Source of the DNA: Azolla caroliniana
Taxonomy: Eukaryota > Plantae > Polypodiophyta
Assembly (NCBI GenBank): GCA_043228905.1
Contig: JBHGNT010000013.1
Span: 13,640,001 to 13,704,000, forward strand
Reading direction: 5' to 3'
Length of the DNA stretch: 64,000 nucleotides
Under the pieces are notes generated by a model, which made no database searches, was not told the DNA's origin, and worked only from the letters and a program-made list of their open reading frames with translations. Below, piece by piece: positions 46,901 through 59,600 of the stretch. Numbering within the stretch: the first letter of the stretch is position 1; each line of letters opens with the position of its first letter. A program made the translations under genes and the position numbers.

Positions 46901-49900
46901 TCTCGTCCTTCTCTTCCACCGGGCACCCTTTGATAGGGATGTCGTCTAGAAACGGCATGGTGATGTCCGGGATGAGATCCCTCAGTACCTTGTTCATTGC
47001 ATTCACCATGTGGGCCACCGAGTTGGTCCCTCCTTGTGGCAGGGTACACATTCGCACTAGGCCGAGCGGAGTCCGCATCGTTGTAATGTCTCTGCTCTCC
47101 ACGGCTAGCTGGAACTGGTCATACCCCGAGTATAGATCACCGACCGAGTAAATCGTCCTTCCGGCGAAGGCCTCCGCGAACTCGTCTATGGTCGGCCCGA
47201 TCCTTGCGTTCCGAATGGTCACTCTGTTGACCGGCTGCAAGTCCTGAATGAAGCGCAATGTTCCGTTTTTCTTTGGTATGGTAAACCATCGGTTCGAGTA
47301 TGGCGCGCTCGACGGTTCGAGAATACCCATATCGACTTTCTGCCTCAGTAGCTCCATCAACTCCGGGATGTGAGCTCTTGGTACCGGAATCGGCTTGAGA
47401 TTCCACGGCACATGCGGTACCGTGAATATCACCATCGGCTCCACGATTGTCGGGTCTACGCACCCGATCTCTTCTGGCGAGAATGCAAAGGCTTTCTCGT
47501 GCCTTCCTAGCATTCTCTGAAACCGGTCTTCCTCCGCCGGCAGTAGGAACCCGCCCCCACTGATCTTGAGCTCCCGGAGCGTCCCGTCGGTGAAGGTGTG
47601 TCCTATGCAGGCCGGATCTCGTAAACTGGGGTCCGACGCAACCCCTCTGATTCGGGACTCGCTGCCCTCCGGTAAGGGTGCCGCGACTGGCCTTACCTTC
47701 CGGTCCACAGTCTTGTACTTCGTGCTAACTCGGGCAGTCCGATCCGACCTGAGCCCCTAACTGAAGTCCGCGATGACTTCGTACATCTCTTCGGAACATA
47801 CCAGTATCGTCCGGTCTTCGTTAAGGTCTTCTCCGGCAACCTTCCTCAGCATCCCCAAGGTGTCGTTGAAGGAGATCGCCTCCACGGCCCCGCTGATTTC
47901 CTCGTCCGGGCCGAGAACTCCGCACGCTCGAAGTCGCACTTCCGCCCTTGTCTTTTCTCGGCCAACAATGCCAACTATCATACACCCTCCGTTGTCGGAG
48001 AAGCAAAATTTCCTACCTATCGTACCGGGTTCCTTCGGTTTCGATTCTATCGTACAATCGTGGGGTCTTTCCCGAGTGTCCGGACTGTCTCGGCCCCACG
48101 CCTTGGCAGCCCTCTCTAAAAATCCTCCCGGTTCTCGCCACCAAGGGATTTGCGGTTTCGCTCGTGGTTCGGTCACACCGTCAGAAAGTGGACCGAATGG
48201 CGCCCGTCCTGGCTTTTGACCCTCGCGTAGGCCGAACCGTTGTCCAGCACCTTGGTCTCCATTCTCGCCGCCGTGATGTATGGTTCCCCTAATATGACCG
48301 GATGCGAGGACATCTCCTGTACGAAGAAGTGATGGTCAATCTCGACGTCGCCGATCTTTAGTCGCACATTCGGGCAGGCCCCGTGCAGTTCCTCGGTGGC
48401 GCGCGTCGCCGCCCGTATCTTCCACCCGTGCCTGGTGTTGATCGGCCACTTTCCCTTCTTATAGAAGTCCATGGACATTAGGTTTATTTCCGAACCGTGG
48501 TCCACCAACGCCACCACCGGTTCCTGAACATCTCCGATCTTTACCGGGGTCTCCGTGGTCACTCGGGCCCAGTGTGGCCTCGAATAGTGGCTCTCCGCCC
48601 ACTCATCTGCCAGCGCCGTGTCTTCGATGTGCGTCGTCCGCACCTCCACCGGTCTTTCCGGTTCCGTCTCCGTTGACAGCCTCTTCCGTTTCACCAAGTC
48701 TACAATGGAGTCGTGGAACTCCTTCTTGGCGATCCCTAGCACCTCCCGCAATGACAACTCCACTTTGCTGTCGAGGATCCGTTCTTCTAGGACCTTTCGT
48801 AGGTCCGTAGTCCTTTCTATTTCCGTCCCCAGTCGGTATCCGCCCTTCCTGGGGTTATCTTGCGAGCCGGACCCACCGGCATCGTTCCGTCATTGCCCGA
48901 ATCGGGTCTCGTACCATTGTGAGGGCCCGGCCGCTCCGGCTTTCCCCACTCGCTTGTCTTCTACCAGAGCCTCGTAGTTCCGGCAGGCGGCTTCTACGAA
49001 GCCCGTCTTCTCCTCGACCGGATCGCTCCACCCGGTTATTTCCCGGACCCGTCTCTCAGCGCGGTCCGTTTCGTCTTTCCTTAGCCGTGCGCCGGCAAGA
49101 CCTTCCAGCATTGCCGACCAGAATCCGTGTTTGCCCTCTTTTCGGGCCCCGCTGCCCCCGACCCGACTGCCGGCCGACGCCGAGTAGTGGATGGCCTCCT
49201 CGTGTCGGGCCGCTGCCTCTTCCATCAGTCTCTTCATACCTCCTCATCCGTTGTTTCCGTTTAGGGCCCTTCTGGTGTCGCCGGCCTTCCCACAGGTACA
49301 CCACCCGGTTCCTCAACGCTTCTGTGAAATCGCCGCAGTCCTTCCGGATGTGGCCGACCTCGTCGCACCACATGCACCTGTTCCCTGCTGCCGGCCGTCG
49401 GTCACGAGCCGGTTCGCCGCCTTCCCTTCGAGTCTGGGCGATCTGGAGATCCTTTATCGCCCGCATCAACTCCTCCAGCGTTGCTCCTCCGGACGAGCCA
49501 CTGACCATGCCGGTCGCAGCCGAACCCAGGTTTCTTCCCTTCGCCCTTGCGGTGCTGGTTCAAGCCTCCTTGCTGTGACAGACCCCGCATCGGCCGCCCC
49601 GTTATCAGCCCATTCTCTCCGTTTGTCGAAACGGCCACAAACCCTCTTAACCGCAGCCCAGTCGGTCGTCAGCCCGTCTTCGGTTTCCACCAAGGAGCCG
49701 ACTTGATCCCGGTCCTGCTTGTCCACCGACTTGACGAACAGTAAGACCCGGCTCGTATCCAGAACGGTTCGGTCAAGCGCCGAAAGGCGCGCAAAGCGTT
49801 CTTCGAACTGCCGGAGGAGTGCCGACACGTTTCTTCCCTTGCCGTGGAACTCCACCCATTCCATGAAGTCTCGTTTCGAAAGCCGGAGCGCGTCGTCCAG

Positions 49901-50879
49901 CCCGTATTTTTCCAGGAGTCAGCCTTCGAACTCCTCCCAGGTACGGCTCTCCGCCCGCACCTCGAGCACCTCTGCATGGATGCTCGGCATCGCCACTCGA
50001 GGAAACCCGGCAAGACGCCTCTCTTCCGGAATGTCCCGCATCAGCATTTCTGCCCCGTAGGATGCCAAATACTTCGTGGCATCCTTTCCGCTAAATCGGC
50101 CGATCGTACCAACGACCGCCTCAATGGCTCTGTCGAGGGCGCTGGAGCCCTCACGTGCACTCAATATCCGATCCACGGCCGAAGCCATGGCCTCTGCAAG
50201 ATCCGACCCTTTCATCTTCTGCTCTTCTACCGCCTCCTTCACGTCGGGTTCACCAAAGATGTCGAGGTATTCCTCGCGGATGCGTGGAATGAGGCGGGAC
50301 CTCGGGGGTCCTGTACCGAAGAGCAAGAGAGAAAGGAGAAGAGACCCACTACATGCGAGAGTAGATTCACAGGGACACGGCCCTTTGACACAAAGACGCG
50401 AGTGGGACAGCGACACAGAGAGACACGAATGTATGTATGTATTAACAAAGACAGACAACAAAACACGAGGTCGGTTGCAACCGAACAGGCCGGCGAACAG
50501 ATGCCGATACCTGTTCGTAAACGCACAGAAAGGAAGGAGGAGGTTGGAGGTGCTGCCGGAAGCACTCGGGCTTTCCTCAGAGCAGAGCGAGCCTCCCGAA
50601 ACCTGCACAGACGGAAGCTATGGAGCTTGCGAACCAGAGAGAGAGAAGCCTTCGCACACAAACCGACAACACTTCGTCCTCGACTCTCCGCGATCCCTTC
50701 GCCCCTCCTCATCTCCCTCCTTTTATAGGCAAGGAAGGAGCCGTTTCCCCTTTGCTTCCTACCTACCGAATCTGCCTGCCTAGGATCTCCTATGTACAAC
50801 ATAAGGCGCACGTGCATGAAGAGCCGGTCCCTACGCTCCGGTGCACCGATTCCGCTTGTGGACGGTTTTCTTCACGACA
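43930..50879 (-). mobile_element. E6: GC-rich non-chromovirus Gypsy element of the tRNA-Trp-primed group, inserted in the E7 5' LTR
   Basis: 620-bp LTRs at 50260-50879 and 43930-44549; PBS at 50239-50255; TSD ACGT at 43926-43929 and 50880-50883. Confidence 0.95.
44623..50214 (-). pseudogene. E6 gag-protease and pol with frameshifts and stops
   Basis: CMWCDEVGHIRKDC, VDHGSEIN, PFLDDIP, VDTS and ADRGE motifs. Confidence 0.92.
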
Positions 50880-51574
50880 ACGTGGATAAGTGTGAGGGTT
50901 AAACAAGAGTGTAAAGAAGGGGAGGATTACTTTTAAATCCTCGGGATTGAGACAACCCATTATGCCAAGTGTGAACATGGCTGGGGGCCTTGGGTATCGT
51001 TATAAATAGAGGCCTAGCTACCCTCATTTCAGGATCTTGTTGACTACATCGAGACTCTAACTTGTGGTGGGTCAACTCTTGTAGCGAGCACGCCAACACC
51101 AGGTACGACTCGACACCACGACGGTGGTATGGGACGCCGATCGAGGCTCGAGTCTGTCTCGATCCCTTCGCTCGGGGGTGGTTGGGTGGATTGGCACCCT
51201 TCTTTCTCTCTCCTTTCTTTCTATCTACCTAGATCTATCCTTATCTAATGCTTACTTTAGTACATGTCTCTAATATTTGGTATCCGAGCCTTTGTACTAA
51301 TGTTTCTTTTGTTGGTCTTATCTTCTCGATGGATGACGATCGATCATTGTGCGGTTGGCCTTCATGCAGACGAGGATCAACAAGGAACTTCGGTAATCTT
51401 TCTTGTTATTTTTTGTCTATTTTTTCTTCTCCCATGTAATCATGTGTATGGTTAATATGTAGATTATTTTCATTAATGAAATGATGTTGTAGTGGTATTT
51501 AATTGGTAATCTAAAACGCTTACATATGTGCACGAGGTCAATACCTCGTTTGACATATAAATAATATGTGATGA

Positions 51575-51806
51575 GTGCCGTATGCGTACGAACGTATTAC
51601 ATTCACGAACATATGTTACGTTTGCGTATGAGGCATACGTACGAACGTATTACATTCACAAACATATGTTACGTTTGCGTATGAGGCATACGTATGAACG
51701 TATTACATTCACGAACATATGTTACGTTTGCGTATGAGGTCAACGCCTTGTTGTAAATCGAACATATGTTACGTTTGCGTATGAGGTCAACGCCTTGTTG
51801 TAAATG
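51575..51806. repeat. Tandem expansions in the E7 leader (~52-bp x3 and ~47-bp x2)
   Basis: GAACATATGTTACGTTTGCGTATGAGG occurs four times, against a single related copy in E3. Confidence 0.8.
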
Positions 51807-53089
51807 ATATGCGTTTGGTCTCGTATGCGTAAGAGGTCAATACCTCAATTGCGTATTACGTTGAACCCTTATTATTGGACGTCTCGTGTGCATAGAGGTA
51901 TATGCCTCGATTACATATCTCGATTACGTCATTTTTGGCTATTAAATATAACGATTTCTTTAATATAGGCATATGTGGTCACGTGTATACGTAGTTGATC
52001 GTATATATGTGATAATATACATATGTGTATATAAGTTGCTACATGATTTTAAATCGAATGTTTTCCTTTTCGTGGAAAGGATCTTGGTGGCCGTCCTCAC
52101 ATTTTTGTGAGAATAGCATTGTCACCATCCCTTTTTTCAACAATTTTTTATTGTTGAAATCCCCGTTGGTGACTTCAATATTTCATTACGTAAAGAAACG
52201 CTATAGCCATAATGATTTTCAGTACGTAGGGCTTGACCTACTTCATGTGAGGTCGCTCTTATGACACACGTATCCAACATCCCTCCCTCATTACATGGAT
52301 ACGATGCCACCATGATATCATTCTTACGAGAGGCATTTGTAATGACGTGACCATGTGATAGGCCACATGGGCCTACTATGAAAAGAGGGCTCATTTGGCT
52401 TCACCATTATGTTGCATTTTAGCGTATGCCATCGTAATTACGAGGCTTGAGGTTAGGTAACGTACCAACATGGTTGTAGTAAATGAGGGCGAAATAAGGA
52501 CCCTTGACATATATGTTTTTTTTAAAACAACATATATATGCAAATGCCTCGCATATCTCTTATACGCATGAAACATTAAACAATCAAGAAGAGTAACCTC
52601 CTTGGTTGGCTCAAGTGTTTAATGCATTTGTTCTCGAGGTCTCAAGTTCAAATATGACTAAGACCATACAATATTGTTGATACATATGACTATAACACAT
52701 GTTTAGACTTGAGGTCTAAGTGCACTTTGGGGTCCCCTTAAAGAGCCGAAACCACATATGTGGGCACCGAAACATAGTTTATTGTTAACATTTTTTTCGT
52801 GTATAAACTATTCATGACGCGAACATACATGGTTGAGCCTCGGGGAGCCACCATGAAAAAATCGATATAGAAATCAGGGAAAGACATTTATTTGTCACCC
52901 CCATGGTTTTTAAAACACCTTTGTGTTACCATAGTAACCTGATCTTGAACCTCATCTCATACGTCTAGAGGGGTATTGACGTGAGATCATGATATCGATT
53001 AATGTTTGCCCATGATATGTTTACATCACGACATGATGTTATGACTATCTCTCTGACTTATCCTATTTCTTTCAAGAAATAATCATTTA

Positions 53090-56000
53090 ATGGCTCAAAA
53101 TAACGACCCGATGTCATCCGCTCAAGCAGAAGGAACTCAAGGGAATCCTCCTAGACAAATGTCCATTGAGATGTATTTTTCGCAAATAACCCAATACCTT
53201 AGTTTCACCGCTCAACTGATGACTAAACTTTGGCAATCTCAAAGTGCTCTCGAGGCACGTGTCATTAGTCTACAACGTGAGACTAATAGACCTGATGAGC
53301 GACAGGGTGAACCATCGTTTGTCATTAAGCCATTTACAGGAGACAAAAAGGAAAGAACCGAAGAAGCAATCTGCACGTGGCTGGGCCAAATGGGAGTCTC
53401 ATTTTGAGCTCTATCCCACGCCAGATAGTACGAAGATTGCATATGTCGGCCGAGAACTAGGGGATAAGGCCGCCACCTGGTGGCGTGGGCTCCGTACTTT
53501 GGGGAAATTGCCCGATACTTGGACAGATTTTGTCACAGTTTTCAAGGGCCAATTTTTGCAACCTCCCTCTCGAACCGAGGCAGCACAAGCTTTAATGAAC
53601 CTCTCTAGTCGGAAATTTTCCTCACTATAAGACTATGTCCACCATGCTAGAACCCAAATTCAAAAATTGGGTCTAGAAGGGGACAACTGGTCAATAGCTT
53701 GTTTTGTCAATGGCATCCCCAATTCAGACTATCATTGGATAGTGCACGGTAAGGATCCAAAATCCTTCGAAGAGGCCGTTGAAATAGTTCTTCGCTATCA
53801 ACACACTTCGAAGAAGGACCACAATAAACCCAACGAAGCGCCCGGGACTAAGCAGTCGCAATTCGCTGGGAAACGCAAGACACCCAACGAATTCATGGAT
53901 CGCGATTGTAAGCGACAACATCCTTTTTGCGTATTCTGCAAAAAGAAGGGTCATACAAAAGATCAATGTCGAAAGCTCCAATGGAAAGAGCACGACAACA
54001 AAGCTAAAGCTGCAGACCATAAAGGTCAGATTCCTAATGTCCTTCAGGTCTATACACATCATTTAAGTAATTATCAATGTTCTTTCCCTCACTATGTATT
54101 GGGTCCCAATGATTTACTACATGCAAACAGGTATATCAATGGATCTCCCGTACAATTTTTGTTTGATTTGAGAAGCTCACACAACTTTGTGAATGATCAT
54201 TTGGTTCAGATATGGGGAATCCAACCCACCGTAAGTGATCACACCTACACGGTGCACTTGGCCGATGAAAGAGTACAATACATCAACGGGGCGATTCATT
54301 CATTAGGAATTTCTATTGACACTTATATAGAGGAAGTAGACTTCCATGTAATGAATCTTTGTACCACCGATGTAATACTGGGTTATCCCTGGTTTTATAA
54401 TAAAAGCTCTTCTTTATCTATTGATTGGGTTCATCATTCAATTACATTTGTACTGAATGATTGTATTCATTTTATTCAATGTGTAAAAAAACAATCCCTC
54501 TCGATTGTTTCCTCGTGTCCATCTAAAAGGTCAAACGCGTTGTTTACTGATCTTCTAAAAGGTCAAACGCGTAAGTCTACAAAACCTATTGTGTGGAATG
54601 CTACACTAGACCTCGCCTTTAAGGAACTCAAGGACCTGGTCTGCAAGGCTCCTTCACTTCTTTTACCTGATCCTTCAAAACCTTTTGAGGTTGAAACCGA
54701 TGCAAGCGATTATGCTATAGGTGTTTTCTTATATCAAGATGGTAAACCAATAGCATTCGAGAGTAAGAAACTTGATTCTACTCAATGTCGGTATACCATT
54801 CAAGAAAAGGAATTATTTGCAGTTATACATGCACTCAAAACATGGCGCCATTATCTTTATGGAAATCGCTTTGTGGTAACTACAGACCACGAGTCCTTGA
54901 AATATTTTTGTGACCAACAAGACCTGAAAGGTCGTAAGGTACAATGGGCTAATCTCATTCAGGACTTTGATTTTTCCATACGATATCGTAAAGGTTCCAT
55001 GAACACTATCGCTGATGCACTAAGTCGCATCTGTGAAGTTAACACGCTTAGCTTCACTGAAATATCATCAGATCTTTATGATCACCTTCGAGGAAAGTAT
55101 CCTGATGACAGTTATTTCGCAAAATACTGGGAAAAAGTTGAGTCTTGAACAGACACCACCACATCCTCGAAGGAATACTTCCACATTGCTAATGGTCTGC
55201 TCTACCGTAATGGGAAGGTTTGTGTTCCAGATTTACCCGAGGTCAAAAAGAGGATTCTTTTTTAATGCCATGATGCACCCTCAACAGGGCACCCTGGAAT
55301 ACATCGTACACTCGTTCTCATCTCCACTCAATTTTATTGGCCTAAGATGCGCCCTGACATACATAAGTATGTGACTAAATGTCACCAATGTCAAGTTAAC
55401 AAAGCCGAGCGACTTAAAGCCGCAAAGTCGCAGGACTTTTACATCCTTTGGACATTCCCAATAATAAGTGGGAAAGTATATCCATGGATTTTATTGTTAG
55501 CCTTCCTTGCACCCAAAAAGGCCATGAGGCCATCTGGGTTGTGGTTGATCGACTAACTGAAATGGCCAGATTTATTGCTACTAAAACCACGGTAACAACT
55601 CTTGAATTGGCTTACCAATTCATTGACGAGTTATTTTGTTTTTATGGGTTACCGATGGATATCGTGAGTGATCGAGATCCAAAATTTACTAGTGACTTCT
55701 GGATGCAAGTCTTTAAGAAGTTAGAAACTATGTTGAGCATGAGCTCCACGGATCATCCTCAATCTGATGGACAAATAGAACAAGTAAATCAAATTATTGA
55801 GGACATGCTTCGAGCATATGTTGGTGCAAAACCAACAAAATGGGAACGTTATCTCCCAATTTTGGAGTTTGCTTATAACAGCTCCAAGCATACGTCGACG
55901 GGATATAGTCCTTTTATGTTGATGTATGGTTTTCAGCCACGAGCCCCAATTGATGTTAATATACATCATGATGAGTTGCGAAGTATGCAAAACTTTCTTC

Positions 56001-56566
56001 AAGATATGCAAGATATGTTGCATATTGCACGAGATAATATAAAAACAGCTCAAGATAGAGTGCATTTTTATGCCGATCATCATAGGCAACCTCGTGTATT
56101 CAACCCTGGACAGAAGGTATTTTTACGTGTACCTCACAATTCTAAGACATTGTCTACGGGTAAGTGCGCTAAGTTAGCCCCACGGTTTTGTGGACCTTTT
56201 ACAGTCCTCAAACGCATTGGGTCATCAGCCTATCGTCTCGCTCTTCCCGATGGTGTTGGAATTCATCCAGTCTTTCATGTGAGTCGTCTAAAAGAACTTC
56301 TAGGTTCTGGCGACAATACAGTTACAACTGAAACTCTGGTTACTTTTGAAGAATTATCTTCTAAACCACATGTACCAGAAAGAATTCTTGATGTTAAAAC
56401 AAAAAAATTACGTACTAAAGAAATCTGAGAATTTAAAATAAAATGGATGGAGAAATCAATAAAAGATGCCACATGGGAACGCAAAAATACTCTTAGAACT
56501 AACTTCCCTAACTTTCCATTGCAAGAGTGCAATGTTTTAAAGAGGGGGAGTATGTTACGAGCATGA
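53090..56566 (+). pseudogene. E7 gag-pol remnant lacking the RT domain
   Basis: Collinear with E3 ORFs but jumps from ...VSSCPS to ...FTDLLKGQ; several stops and frameshifts. Confidence 0.92.
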
Positions 56567-56625
56567 CCATATAATATCCCGTGGTGAGAATTTACCGTAG
56601 TATTCTATACACGTGGATAAGTATG

Positions 56626-59600
56626 TGTTGAACAACAGTGCTCGGCCGCAACCGAGGAATAGGATCAACTTCACAGAAAACAGGAAATACAAATTGCACG
56701 AAGACAATAGAGAGAAGAGTACACAGAATGTTTTACGTGGAAAACCCTAAATGGGAAAAAACCACGGGAGTCCTCAAACTCCAACTATCACTATAAACAG
56801 AGATGTACAATGGTGAAGCTACAAGGCAACAACCTTGAGCTCACTGTCTTCGCCACAGGCGGCGGTAATACACAGAGGCAACGACCTCTTCGTCTCTCTC
56901 TCTCTCTCTCTCTCTCGGCTGCTCACTTAGCTCCCTCTAAGTGGAAAACCAGAAAAATGAGTAACAACCCAAAACTGTTTGCCCTAAGTCATATTTATAC
57001 ACATATGACTTTCGCGCTATTTACAAATATAGCCTCGCATCCGGATCTCTCTCCGGGTACATTCGTCATCCGGCTCCGGAACCGGGTCTTCATCATCCGG
57101 ATCCGGAACCGGGTACTCTTCATCCGGCTTCATGCCGGGTGCTCTTCATCCTCCGGTTCCGTAACCGTAACCGGGCTTGCCGTCATTTATCTCCGGACAT
57201 CCCATCCGGAGGGACCGAAATCCCAACAAACTCCCCCTTCACTTCGGCATGGGATGTCTCTCCAATCCGATCCTCTTCCGGCATGCTTCCAGCTTGTCGG
57301 GTGTGAGCACCTTGGTCAGCATATCCGACCCGTTCTCGTCCGTGTGGATCTTCGTCAGCACGAACTCCTTGTCTTCTATCCTTTCCCGGATCCAGTGGTA
57401 TCTACGCTGGATGTGTTTCGTCCGGGAATGGTAAGCCGCGTTCTTCGCAAGGTGGATGGCACTCTGACTGTCGCAGTAGAGTCGGTACTCCTCCTGCCGG
57501 ATCCCGAGCTCTCTAATGAAGTCCTTCATCCATATTATTTCCTTGCCGGCTTCAACAGCCACCATGTACTCCGCCTCCGTGGTTGACAATGCAACCGTCT
57601 TCTGCAGCCTCGACTGCCACGAAACAGCTCCCCCTGCATACGTCATCACATACCCTGATGTGGACCGGCTGGTATCTGCATCAGCCGACATATCCGAATC
57701 GGTAAAGCCGTCGAGTTCGGGCTTACCGGAGCCGAATCGGAGGCACACGTTTGCCGTGCCCTTCAGGTATCGGAGTATCCACTTGGCCGCGTTCCAGTGC
57801 TCTTTGCCGGGATTGCTCATGTACCGGCTCACCACTCTGACTGCATATCCTATGTCTGGTCTTGTACACACCATTGCGTACATCAAGCTTCCGACGGCAG
57901 AGGCATATGGTACTTTCATCATGTCCTCCTTCTCAGCCTTTGTCTTGGGGCTTTGCTTGTTGGACAACTTGCAGTTTGCAGGGAGGGTTGACCCGACCGG
58001 TCTTGCTTCCGACATGTTGAACCGGTGAAGCACCTTTGTCACATACTTCTCCTGTGACAGCCACAACTGCTTCTTCTTCCGGTCCCGGATGATGTGCATC
58101 CCTAGTATTTGCCTCGCCGGACCCAGGTCCTTCATTGAGAAAGTTCGGTGAAGCGCTTTCTTTAGCATCCGTATCATGACCTGGTCCCGTCCGACGATCA
58201 ACATGTCGTCCACGTACAGGAGGAGTATTAGAAAGTCTCCTCCTTCGAACTTCTTCACAAACATGCAGTGATCGGACTGCGTTTTGTGGTACCCTTCGTC
58301 GGTCATGAAGGAGCCGAACTTCCGGTACCATTGCCGGGGAGCCTGCTTCAGTCCGTAAAGGCTCTTCTTCAACCGGCATACCAGGTGCTCCTTCCCTTTC
58401 TTCTCGAATCCTTCCGGTTGCTGCATGTAGATCTCTTCTTCGAGGTCACCGTGAAGGAATGCCGTCTTCACGTCCATCTGTTCTACCTCGAGGTCCATGC
58501 TTGCCGTTATGCTCAGCACCGTCCGGATGGAGGTCATCTTCACTACCGGGGCAAATATCTCGTCAAAGTCGACGCCCTTCTTCTGCTGGAACCCCTTCAC
58601 CACGATCCTGGTTTTGTATCTCGGGGGGTTTCCGGCATCTCCCGGTTTCAGCTTGAACACCCACTTGTTTCGAAGTGCCCGCTTTCCTTTCGGCAACTCC
58701 ACAAGTTCATATGTGTGGTTCTCATGCAGGGAATCCATCTCCTCCTGCATGGCACTTAACCACCTGCGGCTATGGGTGTCAAGCTTTGCTTCTTCAAAAC
58801 TCTCCGGCTCCCCCTCGTCGGTTAGCAGCACGTGCTCTGGTTCCGGAAATCTCCGGGGGGCCCTTCTCTCTCTTAGAGGATATCTCCGTTCCGGAGCTTC
58901 GGTAACCGGCTCCTCCGCTTTCTCTTCATCCAAATCCATTTCGGGATCGGGGCCGGTTCCGGTATCAGTTTCGTCTTCCTCGGCCGGTTCTGTTTCTTCA
59001 CCGTCTTCGGCCGGATCCTCGAGTGCTAACCGGTCCCTTGCCGGTTGGGACTACTCTTCGTAGAGTTGATCCTCACCGGTCGACTTGGGGCTCTTCATCT
59101 TCTTCTCCGACTCCCAGTCGGCGAGTGTCTTGTCCTCCATGAAGATGATATCTCGACTCCTGAATATCTTCTTGTCGACCGGGTCCCATACTCGGTAGCC
59201 GAACTCGTCGTTGCCGTAACCGAGGAATATGCATGGCCGGGTCTTTGGATCTAACTTTCCTCTCCAGTCCTTTGCCACATGCACGTATGCGAGACACCCG
59301 AACACCTTCAGATGCCGGTAGGACACTTCCTTACCGGTCCACACTTTCTGCGGCGTGTCTCCGTCCAAAGGTACTGAGGGTGATCTATTTATCACATACG
59401 TCGCCGTCGACATTGCCTCAGCCCAAAATCCCTTGGGTAATTTCGCATGTGCTAGCATACTCCGGACCCTCTCCATTATGGTCCGGTTCATCCTCTCGGC
59501 CAGCCCGTTCAGTTCCGGCGTCTTCGGCACAGTAAACTCGAGCCGGATTCCCTTCGAGCGACAGTACTCTGCGAACTGCCCCCGGTATTCCCCTCCGTTA

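Noticed and set aside
59051-59053. Programmed stop-codon readthrough in E8
   Set aside because: The TAG lies in the INT-RT linker, lacks a CARYYA readthrough context, and is simply explained by CAG>TAG.
56810-59063. Plus-strand ORFs over E8 (and similar ones over E2 and E6)
   Set aside because: They are antisense to GC-rich retrotransposon coding sequence or lie within LTRs.
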